A stretch of DNA of 63,153 nucleotides, the filler included, from Thraustochytrium aureum (taxonomy: Eukaryota): assembly GCA_012862495.1 (NCBI GenBank). It is 3 parts of 3 records of this genome, joined end to end, with 100 filler letters (N's around TTAATTAATTAA, not from the genome) between each part and the next. Parts side by side here need not be neighbours in the genome. Positions count along the whole stretch, not along the records: positions 19,381 to 49,819 come from BLSG01000145.1; 2 more parts are not named here. The stretch is one strand, 5' to 3'. Below the pieces are notes generated by a model that was given only the letters and a program-made list of their open reading frames with translations, was not told where the DNA came from and ran no database searches. The position numbers and the translations under genes were made by a program. Below, piece by piece: positions 33,201 through 45,400 of this stretch (the first letter of the stretch is position 1; each line of letters opens with the position of its first letter).

Positions 33201-34629
33201 ATGGAGTCAAAGCAAAGGCGGACTCGCGGTGCACGAGGCTCGGAGAAATGTGGACGCGACCCGCGCCTTCGAACACGAAACGCTACGACGACAGCCCAAC
33301 TCGGAACAGAACAGCACTCACTGGCNNNNNNNNNNNNNNNNNNNNNNNNNNNNNNNNNNNNNNNNNNNNNNNNNNNNNNNNNNNNNNNNNNNNNNNNNNN
33401 NNNNNNNNNNNNNNNNNNNNNNNNNNNNNNNNNNNNNNNNNNNNNNNNNNNNNNNNNNNNNNNNNNNNNNNNNNNNNNNNNNNNNNNNNNNNNNNNNNNN
33501 NNNNNNNNNNNNNNNNNNNNNNNNNNNNNNNNNNNNNNNNNNNNNNNNNNNNNNNNNNNNNNNNNNNNNNNNNNNNNNNNNNNNNNNNNNNNNNNNNNNN
33601 NNNNNNNNNNNNNNNNNNNNNNNNNNNNNNNNNNNNNNNNNNNNNNNNNNNNNNNNNNNNNNNNNNNNNNNNNNNNNNNNNNNNNNNNNNNNNNNNNNNN
33701 NNNNNNNNNNNNNNNNNNNNNNNNNNNNNNNNNNNNNNNNNNNNNNNNNNNNNNNNNNNNNNNNNNNNNNNNNNNNNNNNNNNNNNNNNNNNNNNNNNNN
33801 NNNNNNNNNNNNNNNNNNNNNNNNNNNNNNNNNNNNNNNNNNNNNNNNNNNNNNNNNNNNNNNNNNNNNNNNNNNNNNNNNNNNNNNNNNNNNNNNNNNN
33901 NNNNNNNNNNNNNNNNNNNNNNNNNNNNNNNNNNNNNNNNNNNNNNNNNNNNNNNNNNNNNNNNNNNNNNNNNNNNNNNNNNNNNNNNNNNNNNNNNNNN
34001 NNNNNNNNNNNNNNNNNNNNNNNNNNNNNNNNNNNNNNNNNNNNNNNNNNNNNNNNNNNNNNNNNNNNNNNNNNNNNNNNNNNNNNNNNNNNNNNNNNNN
34101 NNNNNNNNNNNNNNNNNNNNNNNNNNNNNNNNNNNNNNNNNNNNNNNNNNNNNNNNNNNNNNNNNNNNNNNNNNNNNNNNNNNNNNNNNNNNNNNNNNNN
34201 NCTCTTCGCCGTGGGCTCCGAGGTCTGGGTGTTTGTTTTTGCGCTCACAGTCGTGGGTGTGGGATGGAACCTCGCCTTTGTCCGGCATCAGCTCGCCTGG
34301 CCTCGTTGGCTTCACCTGCCGAGGCGCCGCGCTTGCACTCGTTCAACGACTCTGTGGTCTTTGCGAGCCTCGCGGTGGGCATTCTCACTGCCGGCGTCCT
34401 CGTCGAGGCGCTGAGTTGGATCGGGTTTTCCATCTTGCACGGCTGCATCGTTTTGGTGGCGTTTCTCGCGCTCGTTCCCAACGCACTCCGCCAACAAAAC
34501 GCCTCGCCGCCGCGCCGCGCCGCGGGAAGGGCATCGTCGCGCCCTTCTTTCTCCGAGGTAGGCGACGATGACACTGCGCAGGACCGACTCGAGAGTGCCA
34601 AGCCAAAAACCGGCGTGTCCGCGGTTTAG
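33201..34629 (+). CDS. MFS transporter (RfnT-like family); most of the gene in gap; frameshift near 34283; start tentative
   Basis: After the gap, VVGVGWNLAFV...RLHSFNDSVVF...AGVLVEALSW matches the GVGWN...ND..VF C-terminal pattern of this family. Total span suits a 12-TM protein. Confidence 0.6.
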
Positions 34630-35782
34630 CCCGCCGACAAAAGCGGAAGCCAAGCAAGCCCGCCGGCATGCCGCGGGCAATCTTGGGCTTGGGACGAAGC
34701 TCCATGCGATTGACGTCTCTAGGACGTCGGGCCGCAGGACGAGCCGCAGAAACGGCTACCTACTGTAGTGTAGAGCTCAGACTTGCAACTGTGAAATGAC
34801 CTTATACTTGCGGCGGGGCCATAGCTGCGAGCCGCCGTGGCGGTAAATGCTGATGGCCCAGCGCGGCCCCTCGCTGCTGCCCCAAATCTGACCTTCCCCG
34901 AAGCGGCAAGATGACGCGCTTTGCGTGGCTGGCTGACTCGAAACGCTACGACGAGCCTCGTCACACCGATGGACTGGACTGGGCAATCCTTCCTGTCGCA
35001 TGCAAGGAAAGAAGGTTTACGAGCACTCAAGCTAGAGTACTCCGTAGCCTGAGGCTTCTGCGTGGGGGAGATCTGGTGGGCGGGTTCGGCGTGAAGGGCC
35101 AGGGGCGTCCTTGTTCGCTGTGCCCTGTCGTGCCATGATGGAGTCGCAATTTGTCGAGCCTGCGCGGTCTCAAAAAGGAGCCTCGAGTGTGCGCGCCCGC
35201 CCGATCTCAACTCGGAGTCGCGCGTTGGCGAGCCTGCGCGGTCTCAACTTTCGGAGTCGCGAGTGGAAGCCGAGTCCGTCGGGGATACAGTTCTCCCGAG
35301 CGCCGCCCTCGACGCGAATTCCACCGCGAGGCGCGCGCCGAGTATCTTTCGCGGCGCGCAGCAGCGCCTGCACGTGAGAGATAGATTTGGCCAGCGAAGG
35401 ATCACCCGACAGGAAGCTCAAAAAGACAGACCGACCAGCGAGCACGGCTCCAGGCACAAGACGCAGACAGACAGACACCCATCGCGAGAACAGCAGGAGC
35501 AGCAGCAGGAGCAGCAGCAGGAGCGGCAGCGGCACGAGGAGCGTTGGTTGCCAGGGAGCTACGAGCAGCAAGGTGCGTTTGGCTTTGTCGGCGTTGGTTG
35601 GAGTTGGAGCGCAATGCATGGCTCGACGGAGGACGGATGGATGGCATGTTGCGCGCAGGGATGGACGTAGCAGTGTTCTCGAAGGCGGGCCGCCGCCGGC
35701 GATGCGGACGTTGACGCGGACGGAGTAGGCTGGGCTGGCAGGCGGACTGGGCTGACGGGTCGTGCGCTGGTGGACAGGCAAG

Positions 35783-35811
35783 ATGGGCAAGTTCGATAAG
35801 GAGCTGATCGA
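35783..35811 (+). CDS. start of an unidentified gene (MGKFDKELI) after a probable 5'-UTR intron 35573-35777; remainder in gap
   Basis: AAG|GTGCGT donor, GCTGAC branch site at 35751 and ACAG|GCAAG-ATG. Confidence 0.4.
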
Positions 35812-36763
35812 NNNNNNNNNNNNNNNNNNNNNNNNNNNNNNNNNNNNNNNNNNNNNNNNNNNNNNNNNNNNNNNNNNNNNNNNNNNNNNNNNNNNNNNNN
35901 NNNNNNNNNNNNNNNNNNNNNNNNNNNNNNNNNNNNNNNNNNNNNNNNNNNNNNNNNNNNNNNNNNNNNNNNNNNNNNNNNNNNNNNNNNNNNNNNNNNN
36001 NNNNNNNNNNNNNNNNNNNNNNNNNNNNNNNNNNNNNNNNNNNNNNNNNNNNNNNNNNNNNNNNNNNNNNNNNNNNNNNNNNNNNNNNNNNNNNNNNNNN
36101 NNNNNNNNNNNNNNNNNNNNNNNNNNNNNNNNNNNNNNNNNNNNNNNNNNNNNNNNNNNNNNNNNNNNNNNNNNNNNNNNNNNNNNNNNNNNNNNNNNNN
36201 NNNNNNNNNNNNNNNNNNNNNNNNNNNNNNNNNNNNNNNNNNNNNNNNNNNNNNNNNNNNNNNNNNNNNNNNNNNNNNNNNNNNNNNNNNNNNNNNNNNN
36301 NNNNNNNNNNNNNNNNNNNNNNNNNNNNNNNNNNNNNNNNNNNNNNNNNNNNNNNNNNNNNNNNNNNNNNNNNNNNNNNNNNNNNNNNNNNNNNNNNNNN
36401 NNNNNNNNNNNNNNNNNNNNNNNNNNNNNNNNNNNNNNNNNNNNNNNNNNNNNNNNNNNNNNNNNNNNNNNNNNNNNNNNNNNNNNNNNNNNNNNNNNNN
36501 NNNNNNNNNNNNNNNNNNNNNNNNNNNNNNNNNNNNNNNNNNNNNNNNNNNNNNNNNNNNNNNNNNNNNNNNNNNNNNNNNNNNNNNNNNNNNNNNNNNN
36601 NNNNNNNNNNNNNNNNNNNNNNNNNNNNNNNNNNNNNNNNNNNNNNNNNNNNNNNNNNNNNNNNNNNNNNNNNNNNNNNNNNNNNNNNNNNNNNNNNNNN
36701 NNNNNNNNNNNNNNNNNNNNNNNNNNNNNNNNNNNNNNNNNNNNNNNNNNNNNNNNNNNNNNN

Positions 36764-38925
36764 GCAACCTCGTGGTCGTGTTTGGAGACAAGCGCGCCAA
36801 GCTGTGCCGCGGCACGCTCGGGCCGGCCGGCGGAGCCTGCCTCGAGCTCGTCCACGACTTTGGGCAGCTTTTGGACCTCGTCTGGGACGTCTCGGGCTCG
36901 AGACGGACGCAATCGCCATGGGGTTCGCTCAGGGATACGTACAAGAGTGGCGCGCGGCGGGCGCCTCGTGGACCTGCACAAGGCAAGTGCTCTCCAAGGC
37001 GCGCTGCATCCTCTACTCGCTTGCGTTCGCGCCACGGGCGCTGGCCACGGACCTCCCACTCGCAGCAGGCACGGTGTTTGGGGACCTCATTCTCTGGAAC
37101 GCGCGCCGCGGCTCGCAAGGTGCTGTGGAGGAGCGCCTCAAGGGGCACGCTGGCCCGGTTTTCCGCGTCCAGTGGGCAGACGACCGCCTCGCCCTTTGCA
37201 CGGTCGGCGACGACCGGACCGTGCGGCTGTGGCGACGCGAAAACGAGGACTGCGCCTTTTCGCAGGCTTGGAGCTCGTTCGGCCACACCGCTCGGCCTTG
37301 GGCGTGCGCCTTTTTGCTCAACGCGATCGCCACCGTCGGCGAGGATCGCGATTTGCGGCTCTGGGAGATTGACTCTGGCAAGCCCCGGGCCGTGGTGGAC
37401 GCGCACTTTGGGCGGAACGTGTGGGCCTGCGTGGCCAGCCCAGACGGCCGCTTGCTAGCAACGGGCGGCGGGGACGCGGCGGTCAAGCTCTGGGATGTCG
37501 CCAGGGAGACCGACTCGCGCCTTGACTACTTGGAGGGGCTCTTCCACAGCTGCGCTGTCGACCCACCTTTGCCTGGTGCCCAAGCTCCCTCCGATGCGCA
37601 AGGCGGGCTCGGCTCGGCGAAAAAGCGGCGCAAGACGGGGTCCGCGTTGGGCTTGCACTTTGTCGCATACCTGAAACACGTCCCTGGAACCGAGCAGCTC
37701 GTGGCTGTCGTGACTGGGGCGATGGAGTTTTGGCTTGTTGACGGCTGCCTACGAAGCGGGTCCTCCACGCAGGTCTGGACCCAGCTGCGGCAGCAACCAC
37801 GCCAAGAAGGCGGCGGCGGCGGCTCGCATGACTGCAAGCCTGCCTCCCTCGCGACGGTTGTTGTCTCAGCCGGGTTTTTGCGGCGGTCGGGACCGACGAG
37901 GGCCGGCTTGTTGTGTACGAGCTAGACGCCAGCGCGGGCAGGGCACACGTGGTCCTTGAGCTGCGGCTGCACGAGCGCATGACCGTGACCTTTGTCCACG
38001 CCGCCAGCGGTGCCGAGGGGCGGCTACGTTTCGTGGCTGCCACTGCGCACGCCGCCGTTCACACCGTCGAGGTGCGCGTTGTTGGGTCCGACGCACTCAT
38101 GGTACAGCGCCTGCAGCAAGCCGCGCCGACAAAGGTCGTCCTTCGTCGTATTGTTGCCGGGTGCTTTTTCGGATCCGAGACCGTGGTCGCCGGGGACCAC
38201 CACGGCAACCTGCACCACGCCCCTTGCTTTGAAGCGGAGACACGCACGGAGGTGAGCAATCCTGAGCGAGAGCCGCGCGCGATGGAGACCCTCACGAGCC
38301 TGCACGGGAGCTGCCCTGTAGGGTGCGTTGCCGAGTGGCAGGGGCGCCTCTTCTCTGGTGGGCACAATGGCGCAGTTGCCGAGCTCGCCCCTGTCTCGAT
38401 GCTCCCGTGTGGGGCAGTCGCACGGTTCCAGGTCGTGCGCTTGCACAAGCTCGCGCCGCTCATGACGGTGGTCCAATACCTGCGGTGGACTCCTGGGGGC
38501 AACATGATCGTCGGTGGCAACGAGTACAATGACTTTGTGCTGTGGGACGCAACCGATCGCTACGTGCTAATGCGCGAGCGCCGCGCGGGCTGGAAGCGCC
38601 CGGCCGAGCTCGTCGTCGGACACGCGCCGCCAGGCGGCGCTCTCCCGGCCTGCGCGCTCCTCACTGCGCTGACAAGCGCCGAGGCGAGCAAGCAGGGCGA
38701 TGCCGCGCTCGGCCTCAAGCGCGTGGGGCGCGCGGCACAGTCCGCCTCATTCGCCAGGCCATCGCTTGGACCGAACTTTCACAGCCGCAGCGTCTGGTCC
38801 GCCGTGTGGATGCCCGGGGGCCTTGGCGACGACCTCTTGCTCACCGGCTGCGAGGATGGCTCGCTCAAGGTCTTGCGAACGACGCGCAGCCCCCTGGAGA
38901 ACCGCCGAGGCACCCCTGCATTGCC
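36764..38925 (+). CDS. WDR6: WDR6/Trm734-like WD40 protein (tRNA 2'-O-methyltransferase partner); both ends in gaps; frameshifts near 36895 and 37877
   Basis: CILYS, AAGTVFGDLILW, GHAGPVF, GDDRTVRLW, FGHTARPW, ATGGGDAAVKLW, AGWKRP and FHSRSV in the WDR6 order. Confidence 0.8.
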
Positions 38926-39777
38926 NNNNNNNNNNNNNNNNNNNNNNNNNNNNNNNNNNNNNNNNNNNNNNNNNNNNNNNNNNNNNNNNNNNNNNNNNNN
39001 NNNNNNNNNNNNNNNNNNNNNNNNNNNNNNNNNNNNNNNNNNNNNNNNNNNNNNNNNNNNNNNNNNNNNNNNNNNNNNNNNNNNNNNNNNNNNNNNNNNN
39101 NNNNNNNNNNNNNNNNNNNNNNNNNNNNNNNNNNNNNNNNNNNNNNNNNNNNNNNNNNNNNNNNNNNNNNNNNNNNNNNNNNNNNNNNNNNNNNNNNNNN
39201 NNNNNNNNNNNNNNNNNNNNNNNNNNNNNNNNNNNNNNNNNNNNNNNNNNNNNNNNNNNNNNNNNNNNNNNNNNNNNNNNNNNNNNNNNNNNNNNNNNNN
39301 NNNNNNNNNNNNNNNNNNNNNNNNNNNNNNNNNNNNNNNNNNNNNNNNNNNNNNNNNNNNNNNNNNNNNNNNNNNNNNNNNNNNNNNNNNNNNNNNNNNN
39401 NNNNNNNNNNNNNNNNNNNNNNNNNNNNNNNNNNNNNNNNNNNNNNNNNNNNNNNNNNNNNNNNNNNNNNNNNNNNNNNNNNNNNNNNNNNNNNNNNNNN
39501 NNNNNNNNNNNNNNNNNNNNNNNNNNNNNNNNNNNNNNNNNNNNNNNNNNNNNNNNNNNNNNNNNNNNNNNNNNNNNNNNNNNNNNNNNNNNNNNNNNNN
39601 NNNNNNNNNNNNNNNNNNNNNNNNNNNNNNNNNNNNNNNNNNNNNNNNNNNNNNNNNNNNNNNNNNNNNNNNNNNNNNNNNNNNNNNNNNNNNNNNNNNN
39701 NNNATTCGTTTGTTTTAAAGCGAGGCGAGGCAGCTCGTGGTTGTTACCCTACCGATGTACTATCTCACCTCGTGGAG

Positions 39778-41151
39778 CTAGCGGCCGATGCTGCGGCCAG
39801 TGATTGCGACCTGCGGGAGGCCGCCGGTCGACTGCGTCCCGCTTGATGAGGCAGACAAATACGAGCGCGACGAGCCGGAGGAGCGCGAGGTCGCCCGCGA
39901 CGATGGGCGCCGCTGTCGATGGCGCTTGCCGTCCGGGCTACTGTGGCAGCAACAGTGCTTGCAGCACGCGTCTGCCGCGCCCTTGCCGCGGCGAGGTGAC
40001 GGTTTTTGGTCCAGGGGCGAGCAGTTGCGGCTGATCCGCTTGACAAACTCCGCGAAGTCGATGATGCCGTCACCGGACGAGTCGTACTTGCGGAAAAGGC
40101 GGCGCACCATTTTGAGCGGGATGTCGACCAGGCCGAGCGACTCGAGACCAGTCCGAAATGAGGCGATGTCAATCTCGGCCGAGTCGCCGTGCTCCTTATC
40201 GAAAAGGCAGAATGCGCGCCTGAGCGCGTCCGAGCCGCCCTTGAGCTTTTGCAAGACCTTGTCGATGAAGAGACCCTCAATATCCATGTTTTTCTCCGCG
40301 TAGCGCCAATGCAGCTCGTTCCCTATGCGCTGTTTGGTGAGGGCCTTGTCACGAAGGCGCTGGGCCTCGCGCGCCGCAGCATCGATGTTGAGGCTGATGG
40401 AGTTGTGAGACGCGGAGCTTTTCATGACAAACTCGACAAACTCGGAAAACTCGATGGTGCCGTTCCCGTCGGCGTCAAACTTGCGGAAAAGGTGCAGTGC
40501 GTCGTCGCTGGCAATGCCTTGGAGCCCGAGCCGCTTGAGCGACTCTTGGAACTCGTCAAAGTTGATCGAGCTGTCGCCTTTGCCGCTATCGAAGCGGCGG
40601 AAGGCGAGGCGGAGCGCGTTGTTGCCGCCTTTGAGACGCTGCTCGATTTTCTCGAGCAAGAGCCGCTCCGCGTCGACCGATATGGTCTTCCAGCCAGTGC
40701 GAACCGCTTGCTGCTTGAGGATGCGCGCGCGGTCACGGGCCCGCTTGGCGTCCTGGATATCTGTGGAGGAGTAGCCAATGTTCATCGACTTGTTGAAAAA
40801 GTTTGCCACTTGGGCGCTGAACTCTCTGAACGAAATGGTGCCACTGCCGTCCTCGTCGTACTTGCGGAAGAGCTTGCGCGCGTCTTTGTCATGCAGGCCC
40901 TCGAGACCGAACTTTACGAGGCAGTCTTTGAACTGGTCGAACGAGATCTCCGCCTGGTCCCCGGTGGTCGAGTCGAGCTTCTTGAACTGCTGCATGATGC
41001 CCGTCGAACCCCCCTTCGTGCGCTGCATCAGCTTGTCGAGCAGCAAGGTCTCCACGTCCACGTTCTTCGTCAGCTGCTTGGCAAACACCTCGCGGGCGGC
41101 AGCTTGCCTCGCCTCTGCCCTGCGCCGACCGCGCTCAAACGGCGACGACAT
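39778..41151 (-). CDS. EF-hand calcium-binding protein with three tandem EF-pair modules
   Basis: Canonical loops DEDGSGTISFREF, DADGNGTIEFSEF and DSSGDGIIDFAEF, each preceded by L.DK..Q..KGG and a variant EF-hand. Confidence 0.9.
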   Translation of the reverse strand: MSSPFERGRRRAEARQAAAREVFAKQLTKNVDVETLLLDKLMQRTKGGSTGIMQQFKKLDSTTGDQAEISFDQFKDCLVKFGLEGLHDKDARKLFRKYDEDGSGTISFREFSAQVANFFNKSMNIGYSSTDIQDAKRARDRARILKQQAVRTGWKTISVDAERLLLEKIEQRLKGGNNALRLAFRRFDSGKGDSSINFDEFQESLKRLGLQGIASDDALHLFRKFDADGNGTIEFSEFVEFVMKSSASHNSISLNIDAAAREAQRLRDKALTKQRIGNELHWRYAEKNMDIEGLFIDKVLQKLKGGSDALRRAFCLFDKEHGDSAEIDIASFRTGLESLGLVDIPLKMVRRLFRKYDSSGDGIIDFAEFVKRISRNCSPLDQKPSPRRGKGAADACCKHCCCHSSPDGKRHRQRRPSSRATSRSSGSSRSYLSASSSGTQSTGGLPQVAITGRSIGR

Positions 41152-41518
41152 CTCGCCCCAGCCGGTCCCGAGTGCCTCGCTGCAGTCCCCGGCGCTGCGC
41201 AGCCCAGCCTTTGCGTGTCGCTGGCTGTGCTGGCCTGATGCCAAGTCGATTGCGCGCGGGTTTGCATTGGCATGCGGCGCCGTCCATCCCAAGAAGACAA
41301 CAATTTCACACGCTTCGTTAGCCGAACTTCAGAAGCGCACAGGGCGGGCGACCAAGTCCGGGGACGTCCCTCCCAGCTCTAGCGTAGGTGGACTCTGCAG
41401 AAAGCGCCGCGCGAGAGCTGCCGATTAATTGTTGCTCGACCCAATTCCGGGCTCCGCGCCGTAAACGGATCGCAACCGAGCAATTCCTAGCTCGCGAATG
41501 GTTGCTGTTCGACGCTCC

Positions 41519-41527
41519 CAGCCAGCA

Positions 41528-41557
<30 letters not shown>
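41519..41557 (+). repeat. imperfect (CCAG)n microsatellite
   Basis: Read directly from the sequence. Confidence 0.85.
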
Positions 41558-41558
<1 letters not shown>

Positions 41559-42460
41559 TCGAGTCAGCTGCCGCGAGACGCGCCGCCGCGCCAGGGAGGT
41601 GCGGGCGACTTGCTCGAGAGTCCTTCCATGTCGTCTCGATGGGCGGAGAGCTTCTTGAGGAGGCTGGAGGTGCTCGCATTTTTATGTCCGTTGGGTCGCA
41701 GCGTGCACGCCAAGAGCTCCAACGCAGCCGTTCTACTGGAGAGCCCAGCTCTCTACTGTTGGAGACCCCACCGCGGGAGACGTGTCGTTGGAGGACGCTT
41801 CGTCAGATCAGCAAGCAGCAAGAGGCCGTGCCGACCGACAACTTGAACTGCACTAGCTGTTCGGAACGTTAATCTGTTCGAAAGGGGCAAACGCGAGCGG
41901 TCGCTCATCTTTGGGTACACGCGCGAGCAAGTCGAGTCGCTTTTGAGCTAAGATGACGTGCATTCTCGCCGTCAATGAAAGCCTTGCGACGCTGTCGTCT
42001 GTCAAATTTTGCGTCACCTCGGTACGCACCCGATTGGAACTTTGATTCGCCCTTGGCCCCCAGCCCCCATGGGCCTGGTCTGCGTCCTCCACAGCATGTA
42101 GCCCCCGTGGCGCAGCGAGACGCCCAACGCGGTGCCGACGAAGAGTTTCGGCAGCGCCGTTTCGTTCAACGTCTCGAGGTCGCGCCTTCCGCCTCATCCA
42201 ACCCCACAGCGGATCGAGTTGATCATCGCGGCCATCGCGGCGGCCTTGGCCTCGGCCTCGAGGATGCTCTCCAGCGCCGCGAGGTCGCCGTGCCAGGCAT
42301 CGACGTTGACGGCGTGGATCCTGCAGGTCGTCCGCCAGCTCAGTGGGCCAAGCCCTTGCAGGCCATCGTTTTTGCACGCGAACAAGCGAGGCGCGGATGT
42401 GCCTGCGCGTACTGAGCAAACGACCAAACAAGGCGGCTGGCACGGGACAACGAGGAGGCG

Positions 42461-45400
42461 ATGGCCGAGCAGGGCGCCGAGCGCGAGGTCCAGGTCGTGC
42501 TGCTGCACGAGGACGAGACGGTGGTCGACGGACGACCCGCCAAGGATGTCGCGACCGCCGTTGCGGAATGGATGGAGCTCACCAAGGGCTGGAGCGNNNN
42601 NNNNNNNNNNNNNNNNNNNNNNNNNNNNNNNNNNNNNNNNNNNNNNNNNNNNNNNNNNNNNNNNNNNNNNNNNNNNNNNNNNNNNNNNNNNNNNNNNNNN
42701 NNNNNNNNNNNNNNNNNNNNNNNNNNNNNNNNNNNNNNNNNNNNNNNNNNNNNNNNNNNNNNNNNNNNNNNNNNNNNNNNNNNNNNNNNNNNNNNNNNNN
42801 NNNNNNNNNNNNNNNNNNNNNNNNNNNNNNNNNNNNNNNNNNNNNNNNNNNNNNNNNNNNNNNNNNNNNNNNNNNNNNNNNNNNNNNNNNNNNNNNNNNN
42901 NNNNNNNNNNNNNNNNNNNNNNNNNNNNNNNNNNNNNNNNNNNNNNNNNNNNNNNNNNNNNNNNNNNNNNNNNNNNNNNNNNNNNNNNNNNNNNNNNNNN
43001 NNNNNNNNNNNNNNNNNNNNNNNNNNNNNNNNNNNNNNNNNNNNNNNNNNNNNNNNNNNNNNNNNNNNNNNNNNNNNNNNNNNNNNNNNNNNNNNNNNNN
43101 NNNNNNNNNNNNNNNNNNNNNNNNNNNNNNNNNNNNNNNNNNNNNNNNNNNNNNNNNNNNNNNNNNNNNNNNNNNNNNNNNNNNNNNNNNNNNNNNNNNN
43201 NNNNNNNNNNNNNNNNNNNNNNNNNNNNNNNNNNNNNNNNNNNNNNNNNNNNNNNNNNNNNNNNNNNNNNNNNNNNNNNNNNNNNNNNNNNNNNNNNNNN
43301 NNNNNNNNNNNNNNNNNNNNNNNNNNNNNNNNNNNNNNNNNNNNNNNNNNNNNNNNNNNGACGCTCGAGCAGCTGCAAGAAGACGACGACACGTTCCCGG
43401 AGGGCCTCGACGACATGTACCGCATCAACTTTCTCGCTTTTTGGAAGGCCCGCTCAAGGGCGACTATGACAAGTACCAAGCACTCTTCGGAAGCATGGCC
43501 GTCGCTCGCGAGCCGCTCCCGCTCGAGATCGTCGGCAGCCTCCTCGGCTTCGACGAACGCGCCTTCAAGATCTTCCTCCACAGAGCGGGCGTCTTGCTCG
43601 AGGTGCGCGAGGACTCGGTTGCGTTCATTCACAAGTCGATGAGCGACTTTCTGCTCGGCGAAGACCGCGCAGGGAAAATAGAAGCGCAAGGCAAGCCGTA
43701 CCACGAAGCGTCGTTCGCTGTTCAAGTCAAACAAGGCCACGCGCACCTCGCGCAAGTGTTGCAACCATACGCGGTGAAGAAACGCTCTGCGTTCGCAGCC
43801 CGCCAATTGGTGTTCCACCTTATCAAGAGCGAGCAGAACGAAGCCGCAGATAGAATGCTGCTCGACTTTGCCTGGCTTCTCAAGGTCGCCGAGACTGGCG
43901 CTGCCGCGCAGCTCGTGCAAGACGTCGAGCTGGCACTCAATCTCGCCGAGGACGTAGAGCTTGCCGTGCGCGCCATTGAGAAGAGCCTCCACGTCATTAG
44001 CCGCGACTGGCGCGAGCTCCCGAGCCAGCTGATCGGCCGCCTCCCTGAGGACCATCCGCTCGTTTTGCAAGCGAGGTCGTTCCGCCATCCCGACTTTTCC
44101 TGGCTGCGCCCCGTGCTTCCGACGCTCACGGCTGCAAGCGATCCACTGCGCAAAACACTCTGGCACAACAGTCTAGTCACGTCAGTGGCCCTCTCGCGGG
44201 CCGGCGACCGTATCGTGTCGGGCTGCGAATTCAACGTGCGGGTCTGGGATGCTAGAAGCGGCAAGGAGCTATTGCGGCTCGAGGGACACACTAAAGTTGT
44301 CTGCGCCGTGGCGCTATCGCACAACGGCGACCGAATCGTTTCGGGGAGCTCCGACTCAACCGTGCGGATCTGGGATGCCAAGACCGGCCAGGAGCTCCAG
44401 CGGCTTAAAGGGCACACCTCGAATNNNNNNNNNNNNNNNNNNNNNNNNNNNNNNNNNNNNNNNNNNNNNNNNNNNNNNNNNNNNNNNNNNNNNNNNNNNN
44501 NNNNNNNNNNNNNNNNNNNNNNNNNNNNNNNNNNNNNNNNNNNNNNNNNNNNNNNNNNNNNNNNNNNNNNNNNNNNNNNNNNNNNNNNNNNNNNNNNNNN
44601 NNNNNNNNNNNNNNNNNNNNNNNNNNNNNNNNNNNNNNNNNNNNNNNNNNNNNNNNNNNNNNNNNNNNNNNNNNNNNNNNNNNNNNNNNNNNNNNNNNNN
44701 NNNNNNNNNNNNNNNNNNNNNNNNNNNNNNNNNNNNNNNNNNNNNNNNNNNNNNNNNNNNNNNNNNNNNNNNNNNNNNNNNNNNNNNNNNNNNNNNNNNN
44801 NNNNNNNNNNNNNNNNNNNNNNNNNNNNNNNNNNNNNNNNNNNNNNNNNNNNNNNNNNNNNNNNNNNNNNNNNNNNNNNNNNNNNNNGCTAGTGTCAGGG
44901 CCGTCGCCCTCTCTCGCGACGGCGCCTGGATCGTTTCCGGGGGCTCCGACAAGACCGTCCGTATCTGGGATGCCCACTCGGGGCAGGAGCTCCGGCGGCT
45001 CGAGGGACACACCTCAGGTGTCAACGCCGTGGCCCTGACGCGCGACGACGACCGCGTCGTTTCGGGGAGTAACGACAAGGCGGTCTGCATCTGGGATGCC
45101 CAATCGGGGCAGGAGCTCTGGCGGCTTGAGGGACACACCAACAGGGTCAGCGCCGTGGCCCTCTCGCGCGATGGCGACCGCATCGTTTCGGGGAGCTACG
45201 ACAATTCAATCCGAGTCTGGGAAGCCACGACCGCACAGAGGCTTCGATCGCCCAAGGGACATACCTCTGAAGTCTGGGCCGTGACGTTTTCGCGTGGCGG
45301 CGACCATATCGCGTCTGGGGACAACAGCGGCACCATGCATGTCTGGGACGCCAAGACCGGGCAAGAGCTCCGGCGACTCGAGGGGCACAGTGGCTGCGTC

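Noticed and set aside
42194..42400. Ankyrin-like fragment AWHGDLAALESIL on the minus strand
   Set aside because: A single partial motif with no clear start; insufficient support.
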